Shown here: piece after piece, positions 63,918 to 64,000 of the stretch
Layout of the letters: every line of letters starts with the position of its first letter
How positions within the stretch are numbered: the stretch's first letter is position 1
IMG/VR virus record: IMGVR_UViG_3300026097_001139
Coordinates: 24,387 to 88,386 of that record
Length of the DNA stretch: 64,000 nt
From: a virus
Strand: one strand, 5' to 3'
Notes under the pieces: model-generated
What the model was told of the DNA's origin: nothing
The model's input: only the letters and a program-made list of their open reading frames with translations
Databases searched by the model: none
Translations under genes and position numbers: made by a program

Positions 63918-64000
63918 ACTTACCTGCAACCCGATTCTCCTGCACAATTTTAAACATAAAATATGTACATTGTGCGTATCGTGCTAAATACTTATACAAC

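Noticed and set aside
1-64000. CRISPR array, integrase/IS, intron or intein, stop-codon reassignment
   Set aside because: No regularly spaced repeats or mobile-element motifs noticed; PolB, MetK and ClpP are uninterrupted; TAA, TAG and TGA all end well-defined genes
1-64000. Bacterial chromosome origin (metK, clpP, galE, folE, transport proteins)
   Set aside because: T4-like PolB/RNase H/clamp, tail fibre, TAAATA late motifs and dense small ORFs indicate a phage genome
1-64000. Frequent palindromic restriction sites (GATC, GAATTC, TCTAGA) as evidence of protected DNA
   Set aside because: Only an impression; needs observed/expected counts that I cannot compute here

Overview
This 64-kb window is a fragment of a large (jumbo-type, T4-like-replisome) tailed dsDNA phage genome in the standard genetic code. 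It is gene-dense and almost entirely on the minus strand, apart from a plus-strand island at ~23.6-28.7 kb. Core functions are ThyX (cut by the window start), a MoxR AAA+/VWA-metallopeptidase pair, a tail fibre with an autocleaving chaperone domain, ClpP, tRNA-Cys and tRNA-Trp, RNase H/5'-3' exonuclease, a sliding-clamp-like protein and a family B DNA polymerase. Between the polymerase and RNase H lies a ~28-kb same-strand block that carries a 7-deazaguanine DNA-modification pathway: FolE, QueD, QueE, a DpdA/TGT-fold transglycosylase and a second T-fold protein with the LxxxHRHxF DpdL-like motif, with no QueC in the window. These genes are interleaved with two glycosyltransferases, nucleotide-sugar enzymes, a methyltransferase, a PRTase, a HIT hydrolase, radical SAM enzymes, adenylate-forming enzymes and MetK. 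Three features read directly from the sequence stand out. The DpdA-like protein and the polymerase end in the same putative clamp-binding peptide (F-x-x-LFDF). A preQ1-riboswitch-like pseudoknot sits upstream of queD. The moxR terminator loop contains a 13-nt perfect complement of the moxR start-codon region. Sigma70-type (TTGACA-17-TATAAT-like) and T4-late-like (TAAATA) promoters recur, sometimes nested. All assignments come from motif recognition only; no database searches were run.
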